From Paecilomyces variotii (lineage: Eukaryota): 64,000 bases of DNA. The DNA lies in assembly GCA_004022145.1 (NCBI GenBank), contig RCNU01000013.1. The stretch is one strand, 5' to 3'. Positions 12,381-24,427 of the stretch are shown here, one piece after another (the stretch's first letter is position 1; the number at the start of each line of letters is the position of its first letter). Position numbers and translations under genes: made by a program. The notes beneath the pieces were generated by a model. That model did no database searches. It was not told where the DNA came from and saw only the letters and a program-made list of their open reading frames with translations.

Positions 12381-13628
12381 TCAAACAGACTTGGACGCAG
12401 ATTGGAACCTTTCCTTCTCTTCGGCTGACAATTTGTTCCACTCTGGCCGGGGAAGTTCGATGCAGTCAGTCAGTCGACCATAGCTGATGCCACCGAGACG
12501 AGAGATGGGGCGTAGAACCTGAGACCCCGTTAGAATCTGATCAAAGGCCAATGTTCGAGAAATAGTCAGTGATTGAAACGCTTCAAACTTACATTCATAT
12601 CCAACAAGTTCCGCTCCTCATTAACCGCATCCTCACGAGCCCAGAACCGGAGACCCTCGATAACGGCCATGGTGCACGTCGGCTTTCCAGTCCTTCGACT
12701 GTTGTATTCCCTGGTCTCCACAAGCTTCGCCTCAACAGAGAACACTGATTCCTTGACGCGCGGTGCCTTCACGTCACGAGACTCTGCAGGATGGAGACCG
12801 GAGATCGGGAACTCAGACACGCCGTAGGGAGCGTTGATGGATGTCATGTTGGAGGCTTCGAGGAAATCTTCAGAGATGATGTTGATGACGCCTGGAGCCT
12901 TGTTATGAGTTTCTGATTCGACGTAGACAAAGGAAACGGTGAGAACGAAAGAACTGACATTCTTTGGTGTCAATCAGATTCTTTAAGGTATCCTTTGCGT
13001 TCTCCAAGCTGCACGAGAAACCGATCACGAACAAAGGCGGATCGAAGCCCATGACCTGGAAGAAACTGAACGGGGAGAGGTTTGTTACCTTTCCTATCGT
13101 TGCATCAAAGTCAACCACTGAACTTGCTACATGTCTTCGAATATAGCCCCTCTGAATCAATCCTCACTTACCATCCGCCGATGTTGTACTCACAAAGCCA
13201 ATCGGTCTGGGCACAATCGCACTAATCAACAGCTTATAGTTGAAAGTTGCCGGCCTCCCCTCCGCATACGGGTCAATTTCCACATGTTTCTTCTTCAAGC
13301 TCTCCCCGCCATCTGTAGCTCCCTCACCAGGCTTCCAGTCCGGTTTGCGGGTCTTGGTGTAGTTGGGCGAGACATCTTCGCGCCAGGACGGACGAGAGGC
13401 CTCCACAGCCTTAAAGTCTGGGTGTCTGGAAGCTGGGACATCCTTGCCAGTATCTGCGTGGGACATTTTGGCACTGTTTTTATTTCTCGGTTGACCAGAA
13501 CCGAGTGGTGAGTATCGAGGGGTAGATGACCAGGTACGCGTGCTGTAGGTGTTCTTTTTAAGCGCCACGCGGGAGTTCGAAGGGATTGTTCGTCTGAGCG
13601 AGTGGAAGACGGCAGACGCAGAGAACAT
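12381..13628 (-). CDS. Flavin reductase-like FMN-binding protein (DIM6/NTAB family), 4 exons, probable mitochondrial presequence
   Basis: HPDFKAVEASRP, NYKLLISAIVPRPIGFVST, NLSPFSFF, KDTLKN, RVKESVFSVE, LRPISRLGGISYGR; ends ...ASKSV* at 12381. Start may be 13628 (MFSASAVFHSLRR) or the downstream MSHADT. Confidence 0.88.
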
Positions 13629-14133
13629 GGAGTCAATAATAATAGTTAGAGTCCGGGAACTCTGGAATTGTCTTCGAGTCTTGTATCGATGTCCTTTTCT
13701 TATCTTCAACTTTGATCTGCCAAGATTACCAATCGGTCCAGATGATGTCAGCGGAGAAGCAACGCGCCCTCGTGTATTTATTCGATCGATCCGATTGGCC
13801 AATGCCGTGCGCGTGCATAATTGACATAACTGCGGCTTTAAAATAATGGAATTGATTCTCTCCCACGTACGGTATTATTCTATTCTCATACATATTACAA
13901 GTACTGTGGCTGTCATATGAATGCAGTCTGTCAAAATTTGATTCCTATGCCGCCCAGATTGGAGAAATATTCGGCATGAATCGGTTTAAAAATACTCCAC
14001 AGCAGTTTGATAGCATATAATCTGCAGGCTAACCGCATGCGCCGAATAAGGAAGTAAAAGTCATGGTCATCACTCAGAGCCACTTATCGTGGGCACAAAG
14101 TTGGGGTATCAGGATATCACAGTATAGTTCCAA

Positions 14134-15529
14134 TTACAGCTCCTTTTTCAGGAAATGCTCAGGCTTGTGCGTCGTCTCGTAGTCCACATGGACATAGGCG
14201 CGTTCCACGTCTGGGAGCGACTCCAGTTTCATCTGGAGCTCCTCCGCGACGTCGTGCGTCGCCTGGAGACTCTCGTTGGGCTCCATGACAATGTCGACTT
14301 CGACAAGCAGACGGGGACCCGACGTGTAAGCACGCACAGTGTCAATGGCCGTGATCAGTGGAGAGTGGGTCATAGCTGTCCCTGTTAGCTGAGTGCACTT
14401 CAACAACGTCGACTGGGAAGAACTTACAGATATACGTGATCAGTTGCTGTGTCTGAATATCGGCTGTAACTCCGATCAGCAGCTGGAACTCCGAATAAGC
14501 AGTGTGCAGCCACAGCGCTGAGATCAGAACCGACAGGATGACGGCTCCCATCGGATCAATCCACCAGCGGAGCTTACTGCCACCGACCGAGGTCAGGATA
14601 CCGAATCCGTTGATAAACAAGTCGTTGCGGTGGTCTTCCCAGAGGATCCGAATCTGGGAGACTTGGTTGCGCATAGCCCAGCAGTAAAGGAATAAGACGA
14701 ATTTGGTGGCGAACGCGACCGCAACAGCGACGACGGAGGGCAGATGGAATTCGGTAGTCTCGTCACTGCTGCCCGCCTTGAGTTCGCGAGCAGAGAGAGC
14801 GATCAGGATAAACGACACAGAGGTCATGAGAAAGCAAAAGCAGATGTTACCAGCAGTCTCGATGCGCGCCTTGCCTGCAGGAAACTTGCGCGGGTCGACC
14901 TTGGTAACCGCCTTGTTGCAGAGGAGTAGCGTCAGGTTGGACATTGGGTCGAAGATGGCATCCGCCATGGTGGTGAAGAGCGAGAGCGATCCCGACGAGA
15001 CGGCTCCGTAGATCTGAACAATCGAGAGGATAACATTGGCAGCAAAACTGCCCCAGACGGCAATCTTGTATTTGAGCTGGTTCTGGGAGGTGAATTCGCG
15101 GGCATCCCGGACATGTTCTTCGACGGGCTTCAGCATCCGCTGAATGCTCTCATTCTGAGATTCGTAAAATCCCTGCAGTCTCCTGGACGTGACGGCGTCT
15201 GCAGTCCTTTTCATGAGAGACGGGGCGCAGTCTCGCTTCCGCGACGTGTTGGCCTTGATCTCACGGATCTCCTCGGCCGACTTCAACTTTGACGATAGCT
15301 GAAACGGATCATTCTCCGGCGTGTACTGCGGGGGAGGCTGGCTTTCTTCGTCGGCGCTGTGCGTTCGATGCTGGTAATGAGTTATGTCCACAGGCTCGAC
15401 ACCCGTACTGGTGGCTTCGTGGTACGGCAGCGACATCCTGGACGGCGTGGGCGTGTCGGTGCGATTGGGATGGAGATGGAAGGGGTGCGGATGGAGGGTG
15501 ATGCTATGGCGAAGCGATGAGTCCTCCAT
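14134..15529 (-). CDS. Cation diffusion facilitator, Mn-CDF/MTP8-like; intron 14376-14427
   Basis: SGSLSLFTTMADAIFD (DxxxD), WEDHRND, WWIDPMGA, HDVAEELQ, VERAYVHVDYE. Confidence 0.93.
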
Positions 15530-16299
15530 GGCGGAGGAGTTCTCTTTTCTTTTATCCGTGGAGCAACACCGCTCAGCTCGTCTTTTTTTTTTTTTTTTTT
15601 TTCGGTTGGTATAGCGTCTGTGTAGCAGCGCAGCCGTGTCAAGATGAGCGCCTCACCGAGTGCGTGCGGGACAGCTGGTAACTACTACTCAGTAGTAGAC
15701 TGGAGTGGAATGACGTGAAGGCGGAACCAAAGAGAAGGACAATTGAGCCCACTTTGTTCTCGAAACCAGACGGGCAACCAGGGGGCTGTCAAGATAGACG
15801 GTTGAGCAATTCCAGGCGGGCGGCGGATGTCTTTTATGCGTTCTGCATTGCGGTGAACTCGTGCAGCGTGTCGATTGGAGGTTGACGGAGCGGGGGAAGT
15901 TAGCAGGATGATTAATCTACAATAATAACTAATAACTAACTGACTATTATTCTAGCTTCCAGACTAAATAACTATCAACGTGAGTTAGAATTGCTATGGT
16001 CAAGAAGGAATTCATCCCGTGTGGTCAGGAATCCACCATCGAACCGGCAGGACTTTCCAGATCAACTTTGTTTTCCCCCGTTAACTATCTATCGTTGATT
16101 ATCATCAGACATTGTTTCATGCAAGGGCCCAACCATGTTGAATTAACAACTGACTCGCATGAAAGACCCTACGTCGAGTCCTCCAGGCAGCACCAATTTC
16201 GCTGGTTCTGTGGTCGGTGATTCCTTGATGATGTTTCATCCGCCGTGGAAAGCATCGTCATTTCCCTATTGCGCTCCCATGTGTGGCATGATGCCATGA

Positions 16300-17478
16300 T
16301 TAAAGAGAAAGGATAGGGTCAGTCAGGTCTGTTCGATCACTCGCCGTCTGTCTGCTCTCCAAGAGAGTCCAGGCCAAGTATGTCTGCATCTCCAGAGGCC
16401 GCCATCGATCCTTGGCATGGCCCAACATTCGAGCCAGATGGCCGTCGATCACGGTGATAGCCTTGTTAGCGTCCTTGGCTTTTGAGCAGATGTCTTCAGC
16501 GTCCTGAGCCGCCTTGAGGATGTATCGTATAGCTTCGGGATGCACCAGACGACGCTGCTGCTCCCATTCTCGGTCCGGTCCGCTCTGGACATCGCCTGCG
16601 TTGAGTCGGTCAATTCGCATTAACATCTTCCTCATACGCTGGCCCATGGAATCGAGGAGAACGTCGAGGGTGTTGGTCTCGACTTGAATAGTCTCCAGCA
16701 CAGATACGAGAGTTTCTGCGATGTTGATGCGGGTATCGATAACATCAGAAACTGCATCTGACGGGGTAACATCTTCTTCTAGTAGAATACCTAGCTGATG
16801 AGTATAGAGGACGATGGTCTCGTCGAGCTCGTGAGTGACGGCTGCTACTGTTTGTTCGTGCACCTCTTGGATTTCACATAGCTGTTCCGTGACGCAGTCT
16901 TGGAAGACCCGTCTTTGAAGCCCCCTCTTTTCATCACGTATCGCCTGCAGCGCACCATGGTTCTTCTCCGTTTGCGCATGCCTTTCTCGTTCCCGGAGGG
17001 CAGCGCGCTCCTGGGATCTTGCATATCTCTCCGTCCATCTCTCTTGTAATTTTTCCCGGGTCCATCGATCGTACGAGGCCAGGAACTGGGGATTCTGCGG
17101 TGAATCCTGGCCTATATACATGTCCTTGATCTCCTTGAGCTGCGACAGTCGTTGAATGAACTCCATCACCGGCTCTGGGTTCCCAGGATGCGCTTGCTTG
17201 TCTTGAAGCTTCTCATGGCAAAGCAGTCTCGTCTTCTCTACCAACCGTGCTAACACATGGTGTAGAGGCTCCGTAACCGGTGTTATGGAAACATCTATTT
17301 GTGCCTGTACCGTGTCCAGTAGATGCCAAAGCTGCTCCCATTTTTGGAAGGCGACAGCCTTGTCGCCGTCTAAGAGCCTCCGAACGATGTCTGTGGTGCA
17401 AGCACTTCTAGATCCATATTCTATCCTTTCACCCTCCTTGATGTTCTCCATCTTAACCGCTAGGAGATGTGCTTTCAC
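16300..17478 (-). CDS. Hypothetical alpha-helical/coiled-coil protein (~380-390 aa)
   Basis: Long ORF rich in E/Q/R/L with heptad character; no family recognised; start uncertain. Confidence 0.6.
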   Translation of the reverse strand: MKAHLLAVKMENIKEGERIEYGSRSACTTDIVRRLLDGDKAVAFQKWEQLWHLLDTVQAQIDVSITPVTEPLHHVLARLVEKTRLLCHEKLQDKQAHPGNPEPVMEFIQRLSQLKEIKDMYIGQDSPQNPQFLASYDRWTREKLQERWTERYARSQERAALRERERHAQTEKNHGALQAIRDEKRGLQRRVFQDCVTEQLCEIQEVHEQTVAAVTHELDETIVLYTHQLGILLEEDVTPSDAVSDVIDTRINIAETLVSVLETIQVETNTLDVLLDSMGQRMRKMLMRIDRLNAGDVQSGPDREWEQQRRLVHPEAIRYILKAAQDAEDICSKAKDANKAITVIDGHLARMLGHAKDRWRPLEMQTYLAWTLLESRQTASDRTDLTDPILSL

Positions 17479-18401
17479 AATTATTATCTGGTAATCATAA
17501 TACTGTCTTGAGAGGAAAACTGTCTAGCTACCATGGTTTCTGTCTCACTGCTGGTCATGTTCGTATTCACTCGAGTAGCCATCGCTACATCCCTGCATAT
17601 ATTGTCTTCATAAGGTAGGTTTCTCCATGCTGGAAACCTACACGGTTGACCATTCACTTGTTGGGTTAGATCTTCTGCTCGCCTGTTACCTGCAGAATAA
17701 TGCCTGGGCGATCAGGCAGTAATGGCATAATCTCCCCTCCTCAACGCAGTGATCGACATGACAGGCGGAGAAAGCTTGGAGCAATTGTGCTTGCGTATTA
17801 CTCGCTTGTACTCGTAGTGCAGCGCGGGGTCTGGGAACGAAGCGTACTCTACTCTGTACATTGACCCAGAGCCAGAATGTTCGCTCTTAAGCCAGAAAGC
17901 AGCGTGTGCCGCTACCCTCGAACATGACGACTCTAATCCGGGACTTTTGCGTCTCTTTTGCCCTGGATTTCTGCTCCAATTATTAGTCTGTGCGACGCTG
18001 GCAAGGCTGTCGGTGGTGTTCACCAGAATATCAGTGACAATGAAACGCCCATATCTAAGTCCCCGACCGATCAGCGTCGCGCCGTCTGCTGCGCCACCTC
18101 TCTGATCTGGCACGAGATCTGGGCAAATCATGGATGGCCGACATCTTCCATCTAAGAACCGAGCAGATAATCTGCTTGCGCGTTGAACGCGTCGGACAGC
18201 ACTTGGCCTCTCTCCCACGTTCTCGAGAGCTTCTGAGCGCCGTCGGAGTTTCCGCCGGAGTTAAAAGTAGCTCTTCTGCCTGGAGCAAAACAAACGCGCG
18301 ACGGCAGTCTGCGTTTCAGCAAATCCTCTAGACTACTGGGCTTTATTTGCTGCGCAGCTTTCCGCAATCGAAGAACACGCCAGACACTTAACGGTCGACA
18401 C

Positions 18402-19902
18402 GATGAAACGCTTTCTGGGGTCGTTGAACCGGCGTACGAGTAAGTCCAGACCTTGTTCAGGGGAATCGTATCCCGGCAGCAGCTTCTCCATTCAGAGTCA
18501 ATGCTAACAATGAGTTTCCGCAACCGGACAGGCCAGAGTCGCGAGCGCAGTCCAGTGTACCCTGATGATTCGCCAGAGGCAACTGTGCTGAAGGAAGTGG
18601 TGGGTGTTCGCGATGGAGCGATCCTTAGGAGGAAACAATAACTGATGCAACAAGTTATAGAAACTGTTCTGCGAAACAGGTAGCGGGCCTGGCCGGAATG
18701 GAGTATGAACTGCCCTTCTGCACTCTCTATACAGCCTGCTGACTGGTTTCTACTGTAGCAAAACGAGGAGTATCTCCATTTGCCCGCGATAGTCGAGGCC
18801 GCCGAGTCGAGTCCCAATGCCGCCAGAGAAGCAGCCATAAAAATACGGAAATATCTCTCCAAGCCCACCACCCCGCCTAGCTCTGTTCACTACAATGCTA
18901 TCATGCTCATACGCATTCTGGCCGACAACCCCGGCCACACCTTCACGCGGAATATCGATGCCAAGTTTGTGTCAGTAATCCGAGATATGCTGAGAGTGGG
19001 GAAGGGTCTGGATGTACAGCACATCTTGCGGGAGACCCTGGATTCGTTTGAGACAGAGAGGGCGGCCGATCCGGACTTGGAGGCCCTTCTGCAGATGTGG
19101 TCAAAGGAGAAGGAGAGGTTCAACAAATCAATTGGAAAGGTGAGTTTCTCGAAGGATTACCTGCACATCACGCAGATGCTGACCCAAGCAGGCCCCTGTG
19201 CAGCAAGCTCCTCCTCAGCAACACCCCACTCGCTTCCCTCAACACGAGCCCCAGCGTACTCTGCCTCCCGCGGATGAGCTTGCTTCACGGATATCGGAGG
19301 CAAGAAACTCCGCAAACCTGCTCCAGCAGTTAGTCCAGTCTACGCCGCCAACGGAGATTATCGGCAACGATCTCATCAAGGAGTTTGCGGAGCGCTGCCA
19401 AGCTGCTGTACGCTCGATCCAGGGATACATCAGCGCAGATAACCCGGCGCCGGATGAGGACACGCTTGTCACACTGATCGAAAGCAATGACGAGCTGTCT
19501 GTCGCCTTGTCAATATACCAACGCGGAATCCTCAAAGCGCGCAAAGCCATGGGCACGAATACTCCGCGAGAACAGTCTGTCGGAGGATCTTCGTCATCAG
19601 ACACTACACGACCCGTCCCTCCACCTCCTGTTCCTCCTCGACAGAACGGTACCGTATCTGCCGCAACTACTGAACTTCCTGAACTGCCGGGTGCTTCCGC
19701 GGCCGCTTCTGCTACGGATAACCCTAGTAGATATGAATACAACGCGGATGAGTTTCAGGTGCAGAACCCATTCGCAGACAACAATGCCCAGGAAATGCCG
19801 ACCGCCAACGGTTCCCAGCCAGAGCAGGCCTATGAGAGTGCGACAACCCATGCTGGCTCGTCGGGTCTTTACGGACAGCCATTGGCCTCGCATCCAGTAT
19901 AA
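18402..19902 (+). CDS. VHS/GAT domain endocytic adaptor (LSB5/TOM1-like), multi-exon
   Basis: ATG 18402 MKRFLGSLNRR, short exons, then YLHLPAIVEAAESSP...HYNAIMLIRIL (VHS-like), ELASRISEARNSA...LIESNDEL (GAT) and a C-terminal NPF motif. Confidence 0.85.
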
Positions 19903-20874
19903 CTGTCATAGCACTTCGTGCCATGCGCTGAGAATGGCCTACTGTGTGAGACCAATCGATCGATGATGCCGCTTTGGTTCGTATGGTGGTTGAATCTACG
20001 TCATTATACCCCTTGCAAGATCTTGCACCCCATTCCACGTTCGACCGGGAGAAGTAATCACAGCATGAGTCTTTCCGAAGGCCTATGAAAGAGTTTCCTT
20101 TCTTGCAGGCGCTACAGCTATGAGTCTTGATATTGATGTCTTTGGTCCTTCTAATTCCTTGCGATTGTCTGCCAGTTTGTACAGCCCGCCGTTTTCCTTT
20201 CACGATATGTTCAGTATTCTCGGCATACATACCCCTGTTAAGGTTTCCTTCGCTCCGTGATACCTCCATCGTCTACATAGTGTACTGTTCGATTTTCCCT
20301 TTACAAATGGTCTTTGTCATTTGGATTGAGAATGGCGCCCATTAGTTCATGTGATATCCTTATTCATTGTTGATATGATCTGATGTATAGGATCCGACGT
20401 GAGTACGCAGAGCAGTATTTTTGTTTTCTAAGTCCCGGTAGATGATTCTATATTATCCATCGCACGTCTTTCTCTTTCATCAATCCCATGTTTGCAATGG
20501 AGGTGCTCCCGTACTTCTTAATCGGCCGATTCCCCCGCAATCGGACTGTTTCGCATACGTCGAACAATTCGAATGATTCCCATAAAGTACGTCGAGCCAA
20601 CACGCTCGCATTCTGAGGCAGGGTCCCGTTCTTCCAGCAGTCGTCATCAACACCGTGATAAATAAACCCCCTCTCGTAATTCTACAAGGTATCAACAGAT
20701 CTTGTCTAGCTGAAGAAGTTACATCCGTGAAGGAATAGCTAGTGGATAACTGCATACGAGGAGGAATATTGACAGCTGGAGAATACAAAGTCAAGTCCGA
20801 CTATCTAAAAATTTCCCCCCGAAAGTGCAGCTCACCGAAGCCCTTCCAAATGGTCTTTATCAAAGGACATTTAT

Positions 20875-21540
20875 TTGATGGAGAGAATGATATTCGCCCA
20901 TGTTCAGAGCGTAATCTGCGCTTCGCCATCCCTCATACAAGTCGGTCTCCTCCTTGCTGCATACGAGTACGCATGTGGACGGCCAGAGATGGCTCTCATA
21001 TCTGTGGCAACTTGCTCAAGGATGGCTCAAAGCATTGGCATTGATAAGGGGAGCAGGATCGGAAGTGCACAGCAATGTCTCGGTGAGCGCATACGCGGAA
21101 CCCCTGAGGAAAGGAACATATGGTGGGGCGTTGTGGTCTTGGAAAGGTATTCTTATGCCCCTAGTCCCAATGGACTGAAAACTGACATGAACGCAGAATA
21201 GTTTTGTGTGAGGTTCCACACAGGAACTTAAGGCCTACGACCGAATATCCAGGAAAGAACGCGCCTCTACCGTCTGACCTAATACCTTTTCAGAAACAGG
21301 AGGAACATATATCCAGCCATGAGCGTTGTAATACACCTCCACTGTCCGCAATACAGGCCCAAAACGTGAGCAGCTTTGGCCGCCGAGCGCAAGCCGTATG
21401 CCTGCTTGATCAGGTCCTAAATACTATAAACTCTCCGCCAGGAGTAGTCCTTGACTTTCTGGAGCTTGAGAAACTTGACCGAAAGATACTTTCTTTCCTG
21501 GAAGTTATCCTTCGCCGAGTCAATACCGCCTATTTCCCCT
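20875..21540 (+). pseudogene. Fragment of a fungal-specific (Zn2Cys6-type) transcription factor middle domain
   Basis: LIQVGLLLAAYEYACG, EERNIWWGVVVLER, SSFGRRAQAVCLLDQVL, LDRKILSFL; no zinc cluster upstream; runs into a poly-T tract at ~21550. Confidence 0.6.
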
Positions 21541-21678
21541 CGATTGCCTTTTTTTTATCTTTTTTCTTTTCTTTTTAAGCTATTAACAATAAAATAGTAG
21601 TACAGATTAAGGCCAAAAAGAGTAAAGCACAAGGACCTAAGAAAGATAAGAGATTATCTTCCGCGTAGCATAATTACC

Positions 21679-23777
21679 TCATGCGCCTGATAGTATTCCG
21701 GCCTCAGGCTCTTGATAAGGCCACAAGTTTCGGAACAACTCCCTTTCATTATCATCCTTCCCCAGTCGAACAAAAACTTCCTTGAACTTGCTGCAATTCT
21801 CGCGGGCGACTTCAAAGTCTTTAGGGTCAACCATGCCGTCCACCGGGAGGACTGCTTGGTCCCGAAACAACGTCAACATGCGCCCGACACCACTGATATT
21901 TTCTTGCTCCTTCGCCTGAAGCTCGACTTCCTCACTGCTGAATTCAATTGGACATGCAACGCCTGGGAAAAGATCCTCCCAATCTGCCATAAGTTCCATG
22001 AGAGATTTGCGAAGAAAAAAGAGATCGCGATTTTCCCATGCTCCGGTTGTAAGCCAGACAGGTTTCCGTAAGATAGGGACTGCCTTTTGTTGAAGAACCT
22101 CCCAATGCCTAGGTGCTCGCTTACACACCTGGGCTTCGTAGTATTTGTGGAGGGTCTCGCTCTCCAAATCGTCATCGATTCGTTTCTTTTCGCTTTCGCT
22201 CAGATCTTCGAACCCTTCCGGTCTGTCAGGAACAGTCCAGCCTTCCCGAACAGGGCCAGGATGCCTGCATAGTCTTGGGACACAAGACTGGTATAACAGA
22301 GGTGCCACACATGCTGATTGCCAGTCAATAATGCGTGTAATTTGATGAGTGCCTGGATCTACAAAAATATTGTCCAGGTGAAGATCAGGATGCCATAGAA
22401 CGTTGGCATATCCCGATTCGGCGGTCGGTGGAGGAACAAGATAGGGAGCCACTTTGATATACTTCTTCAGAAGTGCGAGACCATCCTGAGGGAGCTCCTT
22501 GCTTTGGCTAGACCGGTAATAGTTCATCCGAGGAACTGCATGGGATTTAATCCATATCATTTCATTACGTCCCAATGCCTCTGCGTATTCACGGAAGTCT
22601 GTCCCTATACCCAGCCAGCAGATTAGCGTCAATAGGAGAATATCATCATCGGTTTCCTTACAAGGCCCACGATTTAGAAGCATATCTCTCCTAGCTCCCT
22701 TCCACAGTTCGTTTGAGGTCATAGGCCCGATAGAAAATCTTTCAAGGGCCCCAGGCGCGACATTGGCAGCATGTATCTCCTTTACGTCCCCGATCAATGA
22801 ACGTAGGTCATCTTTGAAATAGATGCAGCCATGCCCATCGAAGGTGACAGAGGTCAACTTATTCTCGAGTTCGACCACCTGGGTGATCAGTTGGAGCTTT
22901 AGCTCTCGAGGCCATTGATTCCAGACTGAGCCCAGCCGTACACCTGGTGCCTTTTCCTCGATGATATACTCCGCCTTGACCGGGTTCATTGCAGTGTCGC
23001 TAGACCATGCGAGTATTTGAGGAACAGGAACATTGAATATGTCTCGAAGCTAAAAACTTTTAGCAACTAGCCGATTTAAAGAATACGGAGATCGATCAAT
23101 CATCTTACCACCTCACGTGTCGCCACCTCAGAGGCGACGGTAAAATGTGCAGGCCCGGCATTAGGGTTAGGGAGCTTCGCAACGACCTCGAATCCATTAT
23201 CCATTGTCAAAATGAAGGCCTTATTATATAACCCCTCTGAGCATTTCGTGACTTTAATGCCTGTTCGATGAAATCAACGATCTGGTCTTCCCCGCGTGCA
23301 ATCTCAAGGGGACAATGTTCGTACATGATTGGGCTCCATTGCAAGTATTGACAGCCACCTTGATAAGTTGTTGCAAGTTAAATTCCACGTAGCGATTTGA
23401 AAGCTCATTCTTCTCGTTGAATCTGAGTTTCCGGTTGAAAATGAGTTCTTCATGTAAACATTAACTGCGCAGCTTAGCTTAGCTTACAGCCATCGGTGCT
23501 TGGTATATCGATACAGGTCTTCTTCGGATATTTTCTCCTCTAAGTAAAACGCACTATTACTAACTTAATTGACTCAAATGCAACGAATATCATGAAAATC
23601 ACCTTCGCCATTCGGCTTTTCCATGCAGAGTTCGGGGAGGAGTGGTAGATTTCCCATATTCGATCGAGAATACGAAAAAGATCTCATGTTCGTTCTTCGT
23701 CGACAGTGGATGATAACCGCGGACCGTAATCTCTGGTTGGCGCTCCAAGCCACACTCAGGGGTTTGCTGGACATCAT
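21679..23777 (-). CDS. APH phosphotransferase family protein (AIM9-like), ~6 exons
   Basis: Exons splice in frame: EDLYRYTKHRWL|FNEKNEL..., EGLYNKAFILTMDNG...KLPNPNAGP..VASEVAT, VPVPQILAWS, LWHPDLHLDNIFV, IIDWQ; R/S-rich N-terminus. Confidence 0.87.
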
Positions 23778-24014
23778 ATCAAATGTTAAATTCCGCCGTT
23801 CAGAAGAGTTTGGATGCTTTCAAATGTTGCGGGGAAATGTATTTCCATTCCGTAAAATATGGGCTTCAGGGGACCGTGGATATATGTTTACGGACTCTGA
23901 AATAAAGGATACAGGGGTTTAACTATATAGAAGCTCTAAGCAGGTTTAAATCTGTAGGGATTTTACAGAAGGAAAAACATCATCTCTCATCGGCAAAAGC
24001 TCGCTCAAACAAAT

Positions 24015-24158
24015 GGCAAGATGGCCGAGTGGACTAAGGCGGCACGTTCAAGCTGAAATCTTCAAAAACTTTGAACAACTAAATCTTGGCTGCTGTAAAC
24101 AGCGGGCTAGAGATCCGTGCTCTCGAGAGAGTCCTGGGTTCGAATCCCAGTCTTGTCA
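24015..24158 (+). tRNA. tRNA-Leu(CAA) with ~62-nt intron (24053-24114)
   Basis: Acceptor GGCAAGA/TCTTGTC, A box TGGCCGAGTGG, anticodon stem GCACG/CGTGC with TT-CAA-G loop, long variable arm, B box GGTTCGAATCC, T-tracts downstream. Confidence 0.93.
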
Positions 24159-24427
24159 TACCGTTACTGAACTATTAGTTTCGGGTTGGGTTTTCTTTTT
24201 CTTTCTTTCTTTCTTTCTTTTTTTTTTTGTATGGATGAGAGTCGGTTTTAGCTCTGGTTTTAAACGATTTCCATGTTCTGAAAGGATTTAATGCGAAAAG
24301 TAAGGTTATATATGTGTGTTTGGGTGTGTAAACAGAATCAGATCTATTTTTGTTGGTGCCTCACGAGGAAGTTAAAAGAAGCTAGAATACAAAACCTGCC
24401 ACCATGGGCTGAGCTGAGGAAAGATAT

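Noticed and set aside
20450-20690. Open ~77-codon minus-strand frame (..GTLPQNASVLARRTLWESF..)
   Set aside because: No start codon or recognisable family; cannot be supported without BLASTX.
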